Shown in pieces: positions 35,773 through 45,808 of a DNA stretch of 64,000 nucleotides; within the stretch, counting starts at the first letter, position 1, and every line of letters starts with the position of its first letter. A program made the translations under genes and the position numbers. The DNA lies in NCBI GenBank assembly GCA_029564515.1, contig JAKQPV010000125.1, forward strand, positions 28,287-92,286, written 5' to 3'. Below the pieces are notes generated by a model, which ran no database searches, was not told the origin of the DNA, and saw only the letters and a list, made by a program, of their open reading frames with translations. This DNA is from Spirochaetota bacterium. Its GTDB lineage: Bacteria; Spirochaetota; UBA4802; UBA5550.

Positions 35773-36771
35773 TCAGAAGCGCATTGCCAGCCCCAGGCCA
35801 AGCCCGAGGTTCACCGTGCCGGCTGCCGGAGCCGTCTTGAGAGAAGGAGAGGGCATAACGAGTGATATGTCGATTGTTTTATCACCTGTCCCGCCGTTGA
35901 TCGCGGCGGCGATATTGCGGCCGATAAAGGCGGTAAACATGAGGGCGGCAAATCCGCCGATCCCGGCAGCGACATAGTACTCGGTGTCCCTGATGCGGCG
36001 CGCGTGCGCGAGATCGTTTTTGACATTGATCAGCCCGAGAATACCGGTCAGGCTCAGGGCCGGGTCGGGAAACGAGGGGCTTACGCCCATGGACCAGAGC
36101 ATGGTGCAGAAAAACCTGTCAGCCTGGTAGGAGTGTTTCTTCATATGGAAGCTCGCGGCCGCCTCGAGGAACCCCATGCCGGAGGCGATGCCGGAGCCAA
36201 GCGCTAGCCAGACGGTCGGGTCAGCGGCCGGCCGGTAGCCCGACGCGGCAGAGGAAATGACGGAAGCCCTGCCGTCGGGCTTGTCCATTTCCGCCCGCTC
36301 TTCGGCATACAGGGACCTTCCTGTCATGCGGCGGGCAAGCCTGTCGCAGAAGCGCTCGACCATGAAAAACTCGTCGGCCTGGAACACTGCCCGCTCCTTT
36401 TCCGCCATCAGGACCGCCCCGCTCTCCGCGTCGATAACGCGGCCGGTGACGGTCAGGTTATCACCAAACTTCATGATGGACCCCACGATCACGGTACGGA
36501 CGCCCAGCTTTGTGCCCGCCTCCACCGCGCAGGACACGTCATCGCAGGACGCGTCCGCTCCAAGAGCTTTCGGGATCTGCTCGCGGTCGAGCGTCCGGTA
36601 TTTGGGCAGGTTGCTCATCTCGTTCCGAATGAGCATGGATATCTTTGCCGCATCCTCCCGGGGGACGTCCCGGGCCACGAAATCCAGGACCGCGAGTGCG
36701 GCTTTTTCCGCGCCGAATGACGGAGCGGATAGGGAGAGAATCAGGGCGAATACTGCGGATGCGGTTTTCAT
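35773..36771 (-). CDS. Hypothetical exported/membrane protein (signal peptide, TolB_N/CsgG-like N-domain, glycine-rich hydrophobic C-half)
   Basis: MKTASAVFALILSLSAPSFGAE signal peptide. The N-domain pattern AVLDF...CDDVSCAVEAGTKLGVRTVIVGSI...G is seen in periplasmic scaffold-type domains. No confident family assignment. Confidence 0.55.
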   Translation of the reverse strand: MKTASAVFALILSLSAPSFGAEKAALAVLDFVARDVPREDAAKISMLIRNEMSNLPKYRTLDREQIPKALGADASCDDVSCAVEAGTKLGVRTVIVGSIMKFGDNLTVTGRVIDAESGAVLMAEKERAVFQADEFFMVERFCDRLARRMTGRSLYAEERAEMDKPDGRASVISSAASGYRPAADPTVWLALGSGIASGMGFLEAAASFHMKKHSYQADRFFCTMLWSMGVSPSFPDPALSLTGILGLINVKNDLAHARRIRDTEYYVAAGIGGFAALMFTAFIGRNIAAAINGGTGDKTIDISLVMPSPSLKTAPAAGTVNLGLGLGLAMRF

Positions 36772-36854
36772 GAACGGACCTCCGGGTCATGCCCAACGGG
36801 CTTTTTCAGTCACATAATCCGTAGTGTAGGAGGGGCGAGAAAACACACAATTTT

Positions 36855-37124
36855 TTATTCTTTGCTCATGATTTATGTCGTTCAACTGGCGAGAGATTCA
36901 AGAACAGAAAGGTTGCAGGATATAAATTCCGGTGTGAGCACCCGATAATCAGATATGTCCTCGATTTCTATTGTCATGAAAAACTGCTGGCAATTGAACT
37001 GGATGAGAGCGTTTATAAAAATAGAAAAGATTATAATTCATATCGCGATGATTTCTTGATGAGTATGGGAGTACAAACATTACGATTCACCAAGAATCAG
37101 ATCATGCAGAACATAGCATGGTAG
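36855..37124 (+). pseudogene. DUF559 (Vsr-like endonuclease domain) gene remnant without a start codon, low GC
   Basis: Own translation: ...TGERFKNRKVAGYKFRCEHPIIRYVLDFYCHEKLLAIELDESVYKNRKDYNSYRDDFLMSMGVQTLRFTKNQIMQNIAW*. It matches the remembered DUF559 pattern (GYKFRRQHPIG.Y.DFYC....L.IE.DG..H......D..R...L...G..VLRF.N..V). There is no ATG/GTG at the 5' end. Confidence 0.55.
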
Positions 37125-37218
37125 TGCGCACTGTTGAATTTGAATTATTACGAGATACATAATCCTTCGCGCCCCCTCAGGGGGACGGGAAAGATGACGG
37201 ACAATAAGACTCGGTTTT

Positions 37219-38952
37219 TCACGCCTCAATCGTAAACGTCGTCCCTTCCGTTCCTGACGTCACTCCGATCTCCCATCCCAGAATCTCGGCTGCGTGTTTC
37301 ACGATCGAGAGGCCCAGCCCCGTGCCGCCGGTTGTGCGGGAGCGGCTCTTGTCAACGCGATAGAAGCGCTCGAAGATGCGCGCCAGCGCCTCCTTCGGTA
37401 TGCCGATGCCGGTGTCGGCGATGGTGACGACCGGCCTGCCCGCGCGGGACGTCAGGGTGACGGTAATGCTGCCACCCTCGCGGTTGTAGCTGATAGCGTT
37501 GTCGATGATATTGAACAAGACCTCTTCCGCCAGGAAACGGTTGCCCCTGGTGCTGCCGGTGATGATGTTCGGCTGGAATCGTATGGAGACGTCCTTCGTC
37601 CCGGCCTTCGGAGAGAGAATGTCGATGCATCCCCTGATGACCTCGGACAGGTCAATCGGCTCCTCCTGGAAATCCTTCGCCGTCTCAAGGCGGTTCAGCT
37701 TCAGGATGTCGTTGACCAGCTGGTTCTGCCGCTCGACGTTGGCCATGGCCTTGTTAAGCAGGTCCCGCGCCATCTCCGGCTCGCACAGGTGGGGCTCGAT
37801 CGTTTCCAGGTATCCCTTCAGGATAGTGATGGGCGTCTTGAGCTCATGAGACATGTTCGCCACGAGATCGGTTTTCATCTGCTCGATCCGGCTCTTCTCC
37901 GTGTTATCATGGAGGACGACGAGGATGCCCCGCAGGGACTGCTCGCCGGTGATCGGCTTTATGATGATCTCGCAGTGCCTTCCATTGAGAAGGGTCTCCT
38001 CGAAGGCCTCGGCCCTGCCGGTGGCATGGACCTCCTCGATCCGCGCGTTCATCGCCCGGCTCCTGATCACCTCGAAAAAGATCTTGCCCACGACCGCGGA
38101 ATCGATCTCCAGGAGAGAGCGGAACGCTCCGTTGGCCACCAGTATCCGCTTGTCCCTGCCGATGACCGCGATGCCGTCGGCTATGCTCTCGATCGTCTTC
38201 TCCAGCTTGTTCTGCTCGAACATCAGGGTCCCGAGCTTTTCCACCACCGTGTCCGCCAGCCGGTTCAGCGCGTTCTGCAGGGTGCCGATCTCGTCGTTGC
38301 TGTAGTTGGGTATGCGGCGGGAAAAATCGCCGCTGGTAAAGTCGCGGGCGAAGCTCATTGTTTCGCTGATCGGCCGCGTGATACGGCGCGCCATCAGCAC
38401 CACGACCAGGGACGAGACAAGCAGCGCGATGCCGCCGGCCGCGAGGATGTAGCGGCGCAGGAGCGCGATGCTCTCGTCCACCTCGCGCAGCGGTTTCGCC
38501 AGCCTGATCACTTCAGCGTCCGATTTCTTTGCCATGTAGAGCATGTTACTCGCAAGAGTCGAGCTGTAGCGGATGCTCTCGCCCCTGCCGAGCGCCAGGG
38601 CGTCCCGGACTTCACTGCGATAGCGATGGTTGTCCATCTCGTCAACCTGCTCGTGTTCCGAGTCTGCGATTACCCTGCCGGTAAAATCGACAAGCGTGAT
38701 GCGAAGATTGACGATGCGGGAGATCTCTTTCACGCGTGTCTCCCGGGCCGCGACGGTCCCTGCCAGGTACCGGCCCGGCGTATTGCGGATCTCCAGCTCG
38801 ATGAAGTCAATCTTCTCGGACATCTCCCGCTTGAGTATCGCGTGGTGGTACTTCCGGATATGGTCCAGCACGAGAAAGAGCAGAACGATGACGAGCGCCG
38901 ATATGAGGACAATAAAGGATGCGATGATGCGGTTGCTGATCTTCCTGAACAT
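37219..38952 (-). CDS. phoR: PhoR-like sensor histidine kinase (TM-HAMP-PAS-HisKA-HATPase)
   Basis: H-box MSHELKTPITILKGYLE, N/G boxes NIIDNAISYN and DTGIGIP...GGTGLGLSIVK. It is downstream of phoB/phoU/pstB. Confidence 0.8.
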   Translation of the reverse strand: MFRKISNRIIASFIVLISALVIVLLFLVLDHIRKYHHAILKREMSEKIDFIELEIRNTPGRYLAGTVAARETRVKEISRIVNLRITLVDFTGRVIADSEHEQVDEMDNHRYRSEVRDALALGRGESIRYSSTLASNMLYMAKKSDAEVIRLAKPLREVDESIALLRRYILAAGGIALLVSSLVVVLMARRITRPISETMSFARDFTSGDFSRRIPNYSNDEIGTLQNALNRLADTVVEKLGTLMFEQNKLEKTIESIADGIAVIGRDKRILVANGAFRSLLEIDSAVVGKIFFEVIRSRAMNARIEEVHATGRAEAFEETLLNGRHCEIIIKPITGEQSLRGILVVLHDNTEKSRIEQMKTDLVANMSHELKTPITILKGYLETIEPHLCEPEMARDLLNKAMANVERQNQLVNDILKLNRLETAKDFQEEPIDLSEVIRGCIDILSPKAGTKDVSIRFQPNIITGSTRGNRFLAEEVLFNIIDNAISYNREGGSITVTLTSRAGRPVVTIADTGIGIPKEALARIFERFYRVDKSRSRTTGGTGLGLSIVKHAAEILGWEIGVTSGTEGTTFTIEA

Positions 38953-38960
38953 GCCGGTCC

Positions 38961-39650
38961 CTATTTTTTAAACCCGTACCCGACGCCGGAAAAGGTCTTG
39001 ATCACGTTTTTGTACGGCCCGAGCTTCTTCCGTATGTTCATCACGTGAACGTCTATGGTCCGGTCGATCACGTAGACGTCCCGTCCCTTGATGCTGTCGA
39101 TGATGTTATCACGCGTGAATATCTTGCCGGGGTGTTCCAGAAGCAGGCGCAGTATCTCGAACTCGGTCTTGGTCATGTCAACGCCCGCGCCGTCCACGGT
39201 CAGGCTGTAGTGGTCCGGGTTCAGCTCTATCCCCTCGTGGACCAGCACCCGTGCGGGAGCGCCGTCCGGCACGGGGCGCTCGACCCGCCGGAACATGGCC
39301 TTGACGCGGGACTTGAGCTCCTTGACGCTGAACGGCTTGGTCAGGTAATCGTCTCCGCCCAGTTCCAGCCCCAGGACCCTGTCGAGCTCGTCGGAGCGGG
39401 CCGAGAGAAAGATGACGGGAATATTCTTCCACCCCTCGCTGGCGCGGACCCTCCTGCAGAACTCGAACCCGTCCATGCCGGGCATCATGACATCGAGCAT
39501 AAAAAGGTCCGGTGCGCCCGAGGGCAGGGCCGCGAGCGCCTCCTCGGAGGACGAAAGACAGGATACATCGTACCCATCTGCCCTCAGATTGATGCCGATG
39601 ATCTCCTGGATGTCCTTTTCATCGTCGATTACGAATATCTTTTTCCGCAT
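38961..39650 (-). CDS. phoB: PhoB/OmpR-family response regulator
   Basis: MRKKIFVIDDEKDI..., DLFMLDVMMPGMDG, and a C-terminal winged helix (LTKTEFEILRLL...GVGYGFK). I prefer ATG 39650 (GGGAG RBS). Confidence 0.85.
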   Translation of the reverse strand: MRKKIFVIDDEKDIQEIIGINLRADGYDVSCLSSSEEALAALPSGAPDLFMLDVMMPGMDGFEFCRRVRASEGWKNIPVIFLSARSDELDRVLGLELGGDDYLTKPFSVKELKSRVKAMFRRVERPVPDGAPARVLVHEGIELNPDHYSLTVDGAGVDMTKTEFEILRLLLEHPGKIFTRDNIIDSIKGRDVYVIDRTIDVHVMNIRKKLGPYKNVIKTFSGVGYGFKK

Positions 39651-39681
39651 GGCACTCCCGGCGGTTACATAACGAGCTATA

Positions 39682-40338
39682 TTACTCTTCCGTGTGCCGG
39701 ATGTCAATCCCTTCAATGTAATAAATGGCGCGTTCCGCGATATTGGTGACATGGTCGCCGATCCGCTCGAGCGCCTTGGAAACCATGATGAGGCCCAGGG
39801 CCGGCGATATGTTATGGGGATTATCCGCCATATAGGAGAACAGCTCGCGGTATATCTGCATGTTGAGCGTGTCGATCTCCCGGTCCCTGCTTATGACGAC
39901 GCGCGCGCGCTCCGCGTCCTGGTCGGTGACCGCGGTGAACACGTCCCGGAGCATGGCGATCCCAATATCGGCCATGCGCGGGATATCTACCAGCGGCTTC
40001 AGGGGCGGCCTGCCGTGGAGGTTGATCGCCTCGTTGGCGATATTTGTTGCCAGGTCTCCGATCCGCTCCAGATCGGTGTTTATCTTAAGCATGGCCAGGA
40101 CCAGGCGGAGGTGGACCGCGGCGGGCTGGCGGGTGACGAGTATCCTGATGCACTCGTTGTCGACCTCGATCTCGAGATTATCAAGAATGGCATCGTCGCG
40201 CATGACCTGTTCGGCGAGGTCCGTGTCCGAATCCTTCAGCGCCCGCACCGATTTCGCGATGGACTCAATGGCGAAGTCAGCCATCTCGAATACTTTCGAC
40301 TTAACGTGTTCAAGCTCCTGCTCGAGATGCGTTATCAT
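39682..40338 (-). CDS. phoU: Phosphate signalling regulator PhoU
   Basis: Two PhoU repeats with DLERIGDLATNIA and ALERIGDHVTNIAE. ATG 40338 is preceded by GGGGAGGAG. Confidence 0.9.
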   Translation of the reverse strand: MITHLEQELEHVKSKVFEMADFAIESIAKSVRALKDSDTDLAEQVMRDDAILDNLEIEVDNECIRILVTRQPAAVHLRLVLAMLKINTDLERIGDLATNIANEAINLHGRPPLKPLVDIPRMADIGIAMLRDVFTAVTDQDAERARVVISRDREIDTLNMQIYRELFSYMADNPHNISPALGLIMVSKALERIGDHVTNIAERAIYYIEGIDIRHTEE

Positions 40339-40401
40339 TGCTCCTCCCCGGTATCGCATGCCCGTAGGCGCGGTCGCGCGGCCGGCCATCCATGCGGCCA
40401 C

Positions 40402-41157
40402 CTATCCGAATTTCCCGGTAATGTAATTCTCGGTCATCTCAACGTCCGGCCTGGTGAATATCTTCTCCGTCGGATTCACTTCGATCAGGTCCCCGATATA
40501 GAAAAAAGCGGTTTCGTCGCTCACCCGGGCGGCCTGCTGCATGTTGTGGGTCACGATTATTATGGTATAGTTTTTCTTGAGATCCTGGATCAGCTCCTCT
40601 ATCTTCTGGGTCGAGATCGGGTCAAGGGCCGATGCGGGCTCATCCATCAGGATCACCTCGGGTTGGACCGCTATGGTGCGCGCGATGCAGAGCCGCTGCT
40701 GCTGGCCGCCGGAGAGCCCTAGCGCGGACTCGTCCAGCCGGTCCTTCACCTCGTCCCACAGGGCAGTGCTCTTGAGAGATCGCTCGACGATGCTTTCGAT
40801 CTCGTACCGGTCCCTGACCCCGTTTATCCTGAGGCCGTACGCGATGTTCTCGAAAATCGACTTCGGAAATGGATTCGATTTCTGGAACACCATGCCAACC
40901 CGCCGCCGCAGGGCGGTCACGTTATAGCGGGGGCCGTAAATCGATTCCCCGTCTATGAGCACGTCACCCTCGACCCTCGTGCCGGGTATGATATCGTTCA
41001 TCCGGTTAATGCACCGCAGAAAGGTGGATTTGCCGCAGCCGGACGGACCGATCAGGGCGAGCACGGTGTTCGCCCTGACGGAAAGCGAAATGTTCTTTAT
41101 TGCCGGGGTGTTTCCGTAAAAGAACGTCAGGTTTTTTGCTGCGATTTTATCTGTCAT
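40402..41157 (-). CDS. pstB: Phosphate ABC transporter ATPase PstB
   Basis: Walker [10 protein letters not shown], signature [13 protein letters not shown], and typical PstB N-terminus KNLTFFYG. Confidence 0.95.
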   Translation of the reverse strand: MTDKIAAKNLTFFYGNTPAIKNISLSVRANTVLALIGPSGCGKSTFLRCINRMNDIIPGTRVEGDVLIDGESIYGPRYNVTALRRRVGMVFQKSNPFPKSIFENIAYGLRINGVRDRYEIESIVERSLKSTALWDEVKDRLDESALGLSGGQQQRLCIARTIAVQPEVILMDEPASALDPISTQKIEELIQDLKKNYTIIIVTHNMQQAARVSDETAFFYIGDLIEVNPTEKIFTRPDVEMTENYITGKFG

Positions 41158-41363
41158 TAACAGGAACCAGATGCCTTGGTATCGCTTTTAATTATAACTA
41201 GTTATATTAGTATAATATAACAATAATATAAAGATTTTGTTAAGGAATTAGCCTGGTCATTTCTTGATAATTATTATAAATTTCCTTTATAAAAAACTTA
41301 TCTTTATCCGGTAGGTTGCCCCTGAAAGGTTAAATACATATTATCCACAGGAGGATATAAACG

Positions 41364-42194
41364 ATGCAATCTAAATTATTCAAGATAATGGGACTGCTGC
41401 TGGTTGCCGCGCTGATGACCGTTACCGTGACTGCCTGCAAAAAACGAGACGCCAACAGGGTAGTGGTAAAAGGCTCAACCACGGTCCTCCCCATCACCCA
41501 GAAAGCGGCAGAGGCCTTTAAGAAGTCAGGCGGCGCGTCGGTCTTCGTCGAGGGGAGCGGCTCCGGCAACGGGATCAAGGCCCTGATCGATGGCAGCTGC
41601 GATATAGCCAACTCCTCGCGCGAGATGAAAAAGGAAGAGAAGGAAGCGGCCGCGAAAAAGGGGATCAAGCTGCGCGAGATCGTTGTGGCGTACGACATGA
41701 TCGTACCGATCGTGCACGAATCAAACGTCGTAAGCAACCTGGTCATTGACCAGCTCAAGGCGATTTACGACGGATCGATTACCCGCTGGAAGGACCTTGG
41801 TGGCAGAGACGAAGAGGTGGTCGTAATATCACGTGACACCAGCTCCGGCACCTATGAGGTCTGGGAAGAAAAGGTGATGAAGAAAACCGACGTGACGCAG
41901 AGGGCGCTCCTCCAGGCCTCGAACGGCGCGATCATCACCACGGTAGCGGGCAATCCCAAAGCTATCGGGTATATAGGGTTCGGCTACATCAACGATTCGG
42001 TCAAGGGGCTCACCGTGAACGGCGTAGCGGCAACCATCGAGAACGGCAAGTCGGGGAAGTTCCCGATTTCGCGGAAGCTGTTCATGTACGTGAACGATGG
42101 CACGCTGTCGGATAATGCCCAAAAATTTATCGACTTTCTCCTCGGCGCAGAAGGACAGGACCTGGTGAAGGAAGCCGGGTTCATTCCCCTCTAG
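41364..42194 (+). CDS. pstS: Phosphate-binding lipoprotein PstS
   Basis: Lipobox VTVTAC plus GSTTVLPITQKAAEAF, EGSGSGNGIKALIDG and SRDTSSGTYEVW. Confidence 0.9.
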   Translation: MQSKLFKIMGLLLVAALMTVTVTACKKRDANRVVVKGSTTVLPITQKAAEAFKKSGGASVFVEGSGSGNGIKALIDGSCDIANSSREMKKEEKEAAAKKGIKLREIVVAYDMIVPIVHESNVVSNLVIDQLKAIYDGSITRWKDLGGRDEEVVVISRDTSSGTYEVWEEKVMKKTDVTQRALLQASNGAIITTVAGNPKAIGYIGFGYINDSVKGLTVNGVAATIENGKSGKFPISRKLFMYVNDGTLSDNAQKFIDFLLGAEGQDLVKEAGFIPL

Positions 42195-42392
42195 GATATT
42201 ATCATCACGTTACAAGCCGGAGCCGCACCGTGGGCTCCGGTTTTTTTGTGCCCGCCCACTTTCCGCAAACCCGGTCAGACCGTGCCAGCGTGTTCCAACT
42301 TTTAACAATATATTTGCAGCGCCATGATATTTTCTTCATCGATTCCTGGTCTATTATAAGCGGCAATAAATTTATTTCTTACGGAGGTTTTT

Positions 42393-43823
42393 ATGAGAAG
42401 GGCCATTATCGCTATGGCGACTGTATTCCTGATGGTTACGGGCGGAGGAATTCTTTTCGCCCAGGACAGGGATGCGGCAGAAAAAAAAGGCGCGGCAGCG
42501 CCGGAAACGGAAGAGCAAAAAAAGGAAGAGAAGAAGGACGAGAAAAAAATCGAGGAGACCATCAAGGAGATCTACAAGCGCCTCGATATCGGCGTGAAGG
42601 TCTACATGGACTGGTTCGCGCAGTGGGGCCAGAAGGACGGAGCGTTCGACCGCGTGGCGAAAGGCGAAAACGGCATGACGACCAGGTCCACGGCGTTGTC
42701 GGACATCTCCGGCAAGAACTACAACGCGTTCAGGATCAACCGGGCCTACCTGGACATCAGGTACAAATTCCTCGACTGGCTGGGCGCGCGCCTCACCACG
42801 GACGTAGACGCGGCAGTCACGCCCGCGGCCGACGCCAACGCGGCGTTCCACATCTACCTTAAATACGCGTACCTGGAAGGCAAAAAGGACTTCGGTCCGG
42901 TAAAGATCGCAGGCACCGCGGGCATGATCGAGACTCCGGTCGTTGGGCTCACCGACAAGATCAGCGACTACCGCTGGATATCCCGGAACTACATCGACCA
43001 GTCGAAGAACATCCTGAACGGGCAGAGCCTGGACAACTCGGCCGACCTGGGCGTCAAGGCCTCGATCGGGCTGTTCAAATACGTAACGCTGTCAGCCTCT
43101 TTCACCAACGGCGGCGGGTACAAGAAAGACGAGAGCAACTCGTACAAGGCGATCACCTACCTGGCAAGCATTACCCCGGTCAGGGACCTGTACATAAACG
43201 GGTTCGGCAGGAACGAGATCACCGACAAGTACGACTACACAGGCAAGAAGGCGAAGCGTGCGTATTACGGCTACGGGATCGCCTACTCCATCCCGATGAT
43301 TAAAGTCGGGTTCAACCATGTGTTTCCGATAATACGCACGGTCGGCGCGGCATCGAAGTTTGATTCCGATTGGGCCCTCTATTATTCAGCGACTGATAAG
43401 CGCGAGATATACGTGTACCCGGTCCAGAACAGATATTACATGCTTTTCGACGCCTGGTTCAACTTCAACCTGGGCGCGCTCGTGGAAAAAGCGCCGCTCC
43501 TGGTCACGGGCCGTTTCGTGTACGGGCTCCAGCGCGGCACGTACCAGAAAATGATCACGGACCCGGAATGCGGCAAGCAGCGCACGAGCATGCTCTACGC
43601 TGCGGGCCTGGGGTGGCAGTTCAGCAGGAACATCCGCATTCTGGTCGGCGGTGAGCTGCAGAAATACTTCGTGAAGAAGGACCGCCTCCTCCGCTACGCG
43701 GAAGGCTCGAAGGGGACCGATTACTACAACGCCACCGCCCTGGGAGCGGGCGATATATATGTCGGTTCCAGGGAGCCGCATGACTCGAAGCGTGTTTACG
43801 TGAAAGCGGAAGTCAGCTTCTAG
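42393..43823 (+). CDS. Outer-membrane beta-barrel porin, possibly phosphate-selective (context only)
   Basis: Signal peptide, K/E-rich linker, alternating beta-strand pattern, and C-terminal ...VYVKAEVSF ending in Phe. It lies directly downstream of pstS. Confidence 0.6.
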   Translation: MRRAIIAMATVFLMVTGGGILFAQDRDAAEKKGAAAPETEEQKKEEKKDEKKIEETIKEIYKRLDIGVKVYMDWFAQWGQKDGAFDRVAKGENGMTTRSTALSDISGKNYNAFRINRAYLDIRYKFLDWLGARLTTDVDAAVTPAADANAAFHIYLKYAYLEGKKDFGPVKIAGTAGMIETPVVGLTDKISDYRWISRNYIDQSKNILNGQSLDNSADLGVKASIGLFKYVTLSASFTNGGGYKKDESNSYKAITYLASITPVRDLYINGFGRNEITDKYDYTGKKAKRAYYGYGIAYSIPMIKVGFNHVFPIIRTVGAASKFDSDWALYYSATDKREIYVYPVQNRYYMLFDAWFNFNLGALVEKAPLLVTGRFVYGLQRGTYQKMITDPECGKQRTSMLYAAGLGWQFSRNIRILVGGELQKYFVKKDRLLRYAEGSKGTDYYNATALGAGDIYVGSREPHDSKRVYVKAEVSF

Positions 43824-43847
43824 AGATAAAACATCTTTTCTCGTACC

Positions 43848-43870
43848 AAAGGCCCTCCGGGGCCTTTTTA
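43848..43870 (+). terminator. Rho-independent terminator of pstS-porin unit
   Basis: AAAGGCCC-TCCG-GGGCCTTTTTATT, read directly 25 nt after the porin stop. Confidence 0.7.
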
Positions 43871-43873
43871 TTA

Positions 43874-43954
43874 CCGATAACTATCGGTGTGGTGCTCTGA
43901 CCCCCCGGACAGCAGGGTGCCGAGGCTCTGACCCCGAACTCCGATAGTTATCGG
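43874..43954. repeat. Inverted pair of the 14-mer CCGATAACTATCGG (43874-43887) / CCGATAGTTATCGG (43941-43954) enclosing a 53-bp spacer with a GCTCTGACCCC duplication
   Basis: Read directly. A third degenerate copy GCGATAACTATCC lies at 43994-44006. Confidence 0.7.
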
Positions 43955-44018
43955 TTCGTTCTAACCCCTCATTTATTCAAGAGTTAGCCACAGGCGATAA
44001 CTATCCACTCAAAATCGC

Positions 44019-44056
44019 TTGACAAACTAGAATATTATTCTAAAATATAATTCTAG
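44019..44056 (+). promoter_or_regulatory. Putative promoter (TTGACA 44019-44024, TAAAAT 44041-44046) with nested palindromic operator TAGAATA-T-TATTCTA (44028-44042) and CTAGAAT...ATTCTAG (44027-44056)
   Basis: Read directly. This is the classic arrangement for an autoregulated TetR gene starting at 44077. Confidence 0.5.
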
Positions 44057-44076
44057 TATCAATCAAGGGATTGTGC

Positions 44077-44709
44077 ATGAAAAAGCCAAATTCGATCCAC
44101 GCTTCGACACACGGCCGTAAAAGCGACATTATCCGCGCCGCGCTCGCCTGCTTCACGGAAAAGGGCTTTACCGGCACCAGCATTGAGGACGTGTGCAGCC
44201 AATCCGGCGCGAGCGTCGGGAGCCTGTATCATCACTTCACCTCGAAGGAACTCCTGGCATCCGCCGTGTACCTGGAAGGGATCCGGGATTACCAGACCGG
44301 GCTCGTCGCCGAGCTCGAAAAGCACGCACAGGCACGGGACGGGGTCAGAGCAGTGGTCCGGTTCCACCTTGAATGGATAGAGAACAATCCCGACTGGTCG
44401 CGCTACCTGTTCCAGCAGCGCCATGCCATGTTCATGGCCGATTCGGAGGGCGCGTTCGCCCGCATGAACGCCGGCTTCATGGCCCGCCTGTCGGCGTGGT
44501 TCAGGATGCGCATCGAGGCGGGCGGGATCAGGAGACTGCCCGCCGACCTCTACCCCGCGGTGCTCCTGGGTCCCTGCCAGGAATACGCGAGGCTCTACCT
44601 GGAGGGCAGCTATACTACGCCGGTGAAGAAGGCCGCCGAGGTTCTCGCCGATGCCGCCTGGGCCGCGCTGGATCCTTCATCCGGGTCGAAGGGCAACGGG
44701 AAGAAATGA
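44077..44709 (+). CDS. TetR family transcriptional regulator
   Basis: KSDIIRAALACFTEKGFTGTSIEDVCSQSGASVGSLYHHFTSKELL (TetR HTH). I prefer ATG 44077. Confidence 0.85.
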   Translation: MKKPNSIHASTHGRKSDIIRAALACFTEKGFTGTSIEDVCSQSGASVGSLYHHFTSKELLASAVYLEGIRDYQTGLVAELEKHAQARDGVRAVVRFHLEWIENNPDWSRYLFQQRHAMFMADSEGAFARMNAGFMARLSAWFRMRIEAGGIRRLPADLYPAVLLGPCQEYARLYLEGSYTTPVKKAAEVLADAAWAALDPSSGSKGNGKK

Positions 44710-44743
44710 TGCATGACTATAACAAACAGCGAGGAGGCACACC

Positions 44744-45808
44744 ATGAGCGATATATACGAAAAACTGCGGGAACGGCTCGACAGCCTGTCAACCGGCTAC
44801 CCGGTGACCAAAAACGGTATTGAGCTGAAATTACTGAAGCGGCTGTTCAGCAGGGAGGACGCGGAGCTTTTTCTGCAGCTCTCCCCCGTGCTCGAGACGC
44901 CCGCCGTTGTGGCCGGACGGCTGGGCAGGGACGAGAAGGACCTTGCCATGCAGATGGAGAGCATGGCGAAGCGCGGACTCATCTTCCGCCTGCAAAAGCC
45001 GGACTCGGTCAAGTACGGGGCCCTTCCCTTCGTCGTCGGCATCATGGAGTTCCAGGTGGGGCGCCTTGACAGGGAACTGGCGCGGGAGCTGGAAGACCAC
45101 TACCAGGCGGGGTTCGGCCGCTCCATTGCCGCAACCGGAACGCCGCTCATGCGCGCGGTGCCCATCAACCGGGACGTGGCGCCCGGGAGCAGCATCGCGC
45201 CCTTCGACGACGTCATGAAGATCATCGGCGAGCAGAAAACAATCATGGTGGCGGAGTGCATCTGCCGTAAAGAGGGCCGTCTCCTTGACCGCGGATGCGA
45301 CATGCCGCTCGAGGCGTGCTTTTCCTTCGGATCGCAGGCCGATTACTACGTGCAGAACGGCATGGGGCGGTACGTGACGCCCGACGAGGCGAAGGCGATC
45401 GTGAAGAAAAACCTGGACGAGGCGCCGCTGGTCATAAACATGGCCAACACGCAGAAAGGGGGCGGGTTCTGCATGTGCTGCGGAGACTGCTGCGGCATAC
45501 TGCGCTCCCTCAAGATGCAGCCGAAGCCGGCGGAATCGGCAAAGAGCAATTACCGCGCCGTGGTGAACGCCGACGAGTGCACCGCGTGCGAGGCCTGCGC
45601 CGGCAGGTGCCAGATGGACGCGATAACCGTGACCGGCGGCGCGGCCGTAATCGATCATGACCGTTGCATCGGGTGCGGCAACTGCGTGGCGGCCTGCCCC
45701 GCCCTTGCCCTGAGTTTGGAAAAGAAGCAGGCCGGGAAGCTCTACACGCCGCCCGAAAATTTCATCAACACCTACATGGCAATAGCGAAAGAGCGCGGAA
45801 AGATATGA
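44744..45808 (+). CDS. 4Fe-4S dicluster domain protein (354 aa) with additional Cys-rich centre
   Basis: C-terminal CTACEACAGRCQ ... CIGCGNCVAACP ferredoxin motifs, plus the upstream CMCCGDCCG cluster. Confidence 0.75.
   Translation: MSDIYEKLRERLDSLSTGYPVTKNGIELKLLKRLFSREDAELFLQLSPVLETPAVVAGRLGRDEKDLAMQMESMAKRGLIFRLQKPDSVKYGALPFVVGIMEFQVGRLDRELARELEDHYQAGFGRSIAATGTPLMRAVPINRDVAPGSSIAPFDDVMKIIGEQKTIMVAECICRKEGRLLDRGCDMPLEACFSFGSQADYYVQNGMGRYVTPDEAKAIVKKNLDEAPLVINMANTQKGGGFCMCCGDCCGILRSLKMQPKPAESAKSNYRAVVNADECTACEACAGRCQMDAITVTGGAAVIDHDRCIGCGNCVAACPALALSLEKKQAGKLYTPPENFINTYMAIAKERGKI

Noticed and set aside
42470-42570. Purine-rich A/G tract (aaaaaaaaggcg...gaagagaagaaggacgagaaaaaaatcgaggag).
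   Set aside because: It is in frame within the porin gene, encoding a K/E-rich linker after the signal peptide. It is not a regulatory or repeat element.
43955-43967. 13-mer TTCGTTCTAACCC shared with 62983-62995.
   Set aside because: Exact 13-mer coincidences are expected by chance many times in a 64-kb window when both strands are counted. The flanks do not align.
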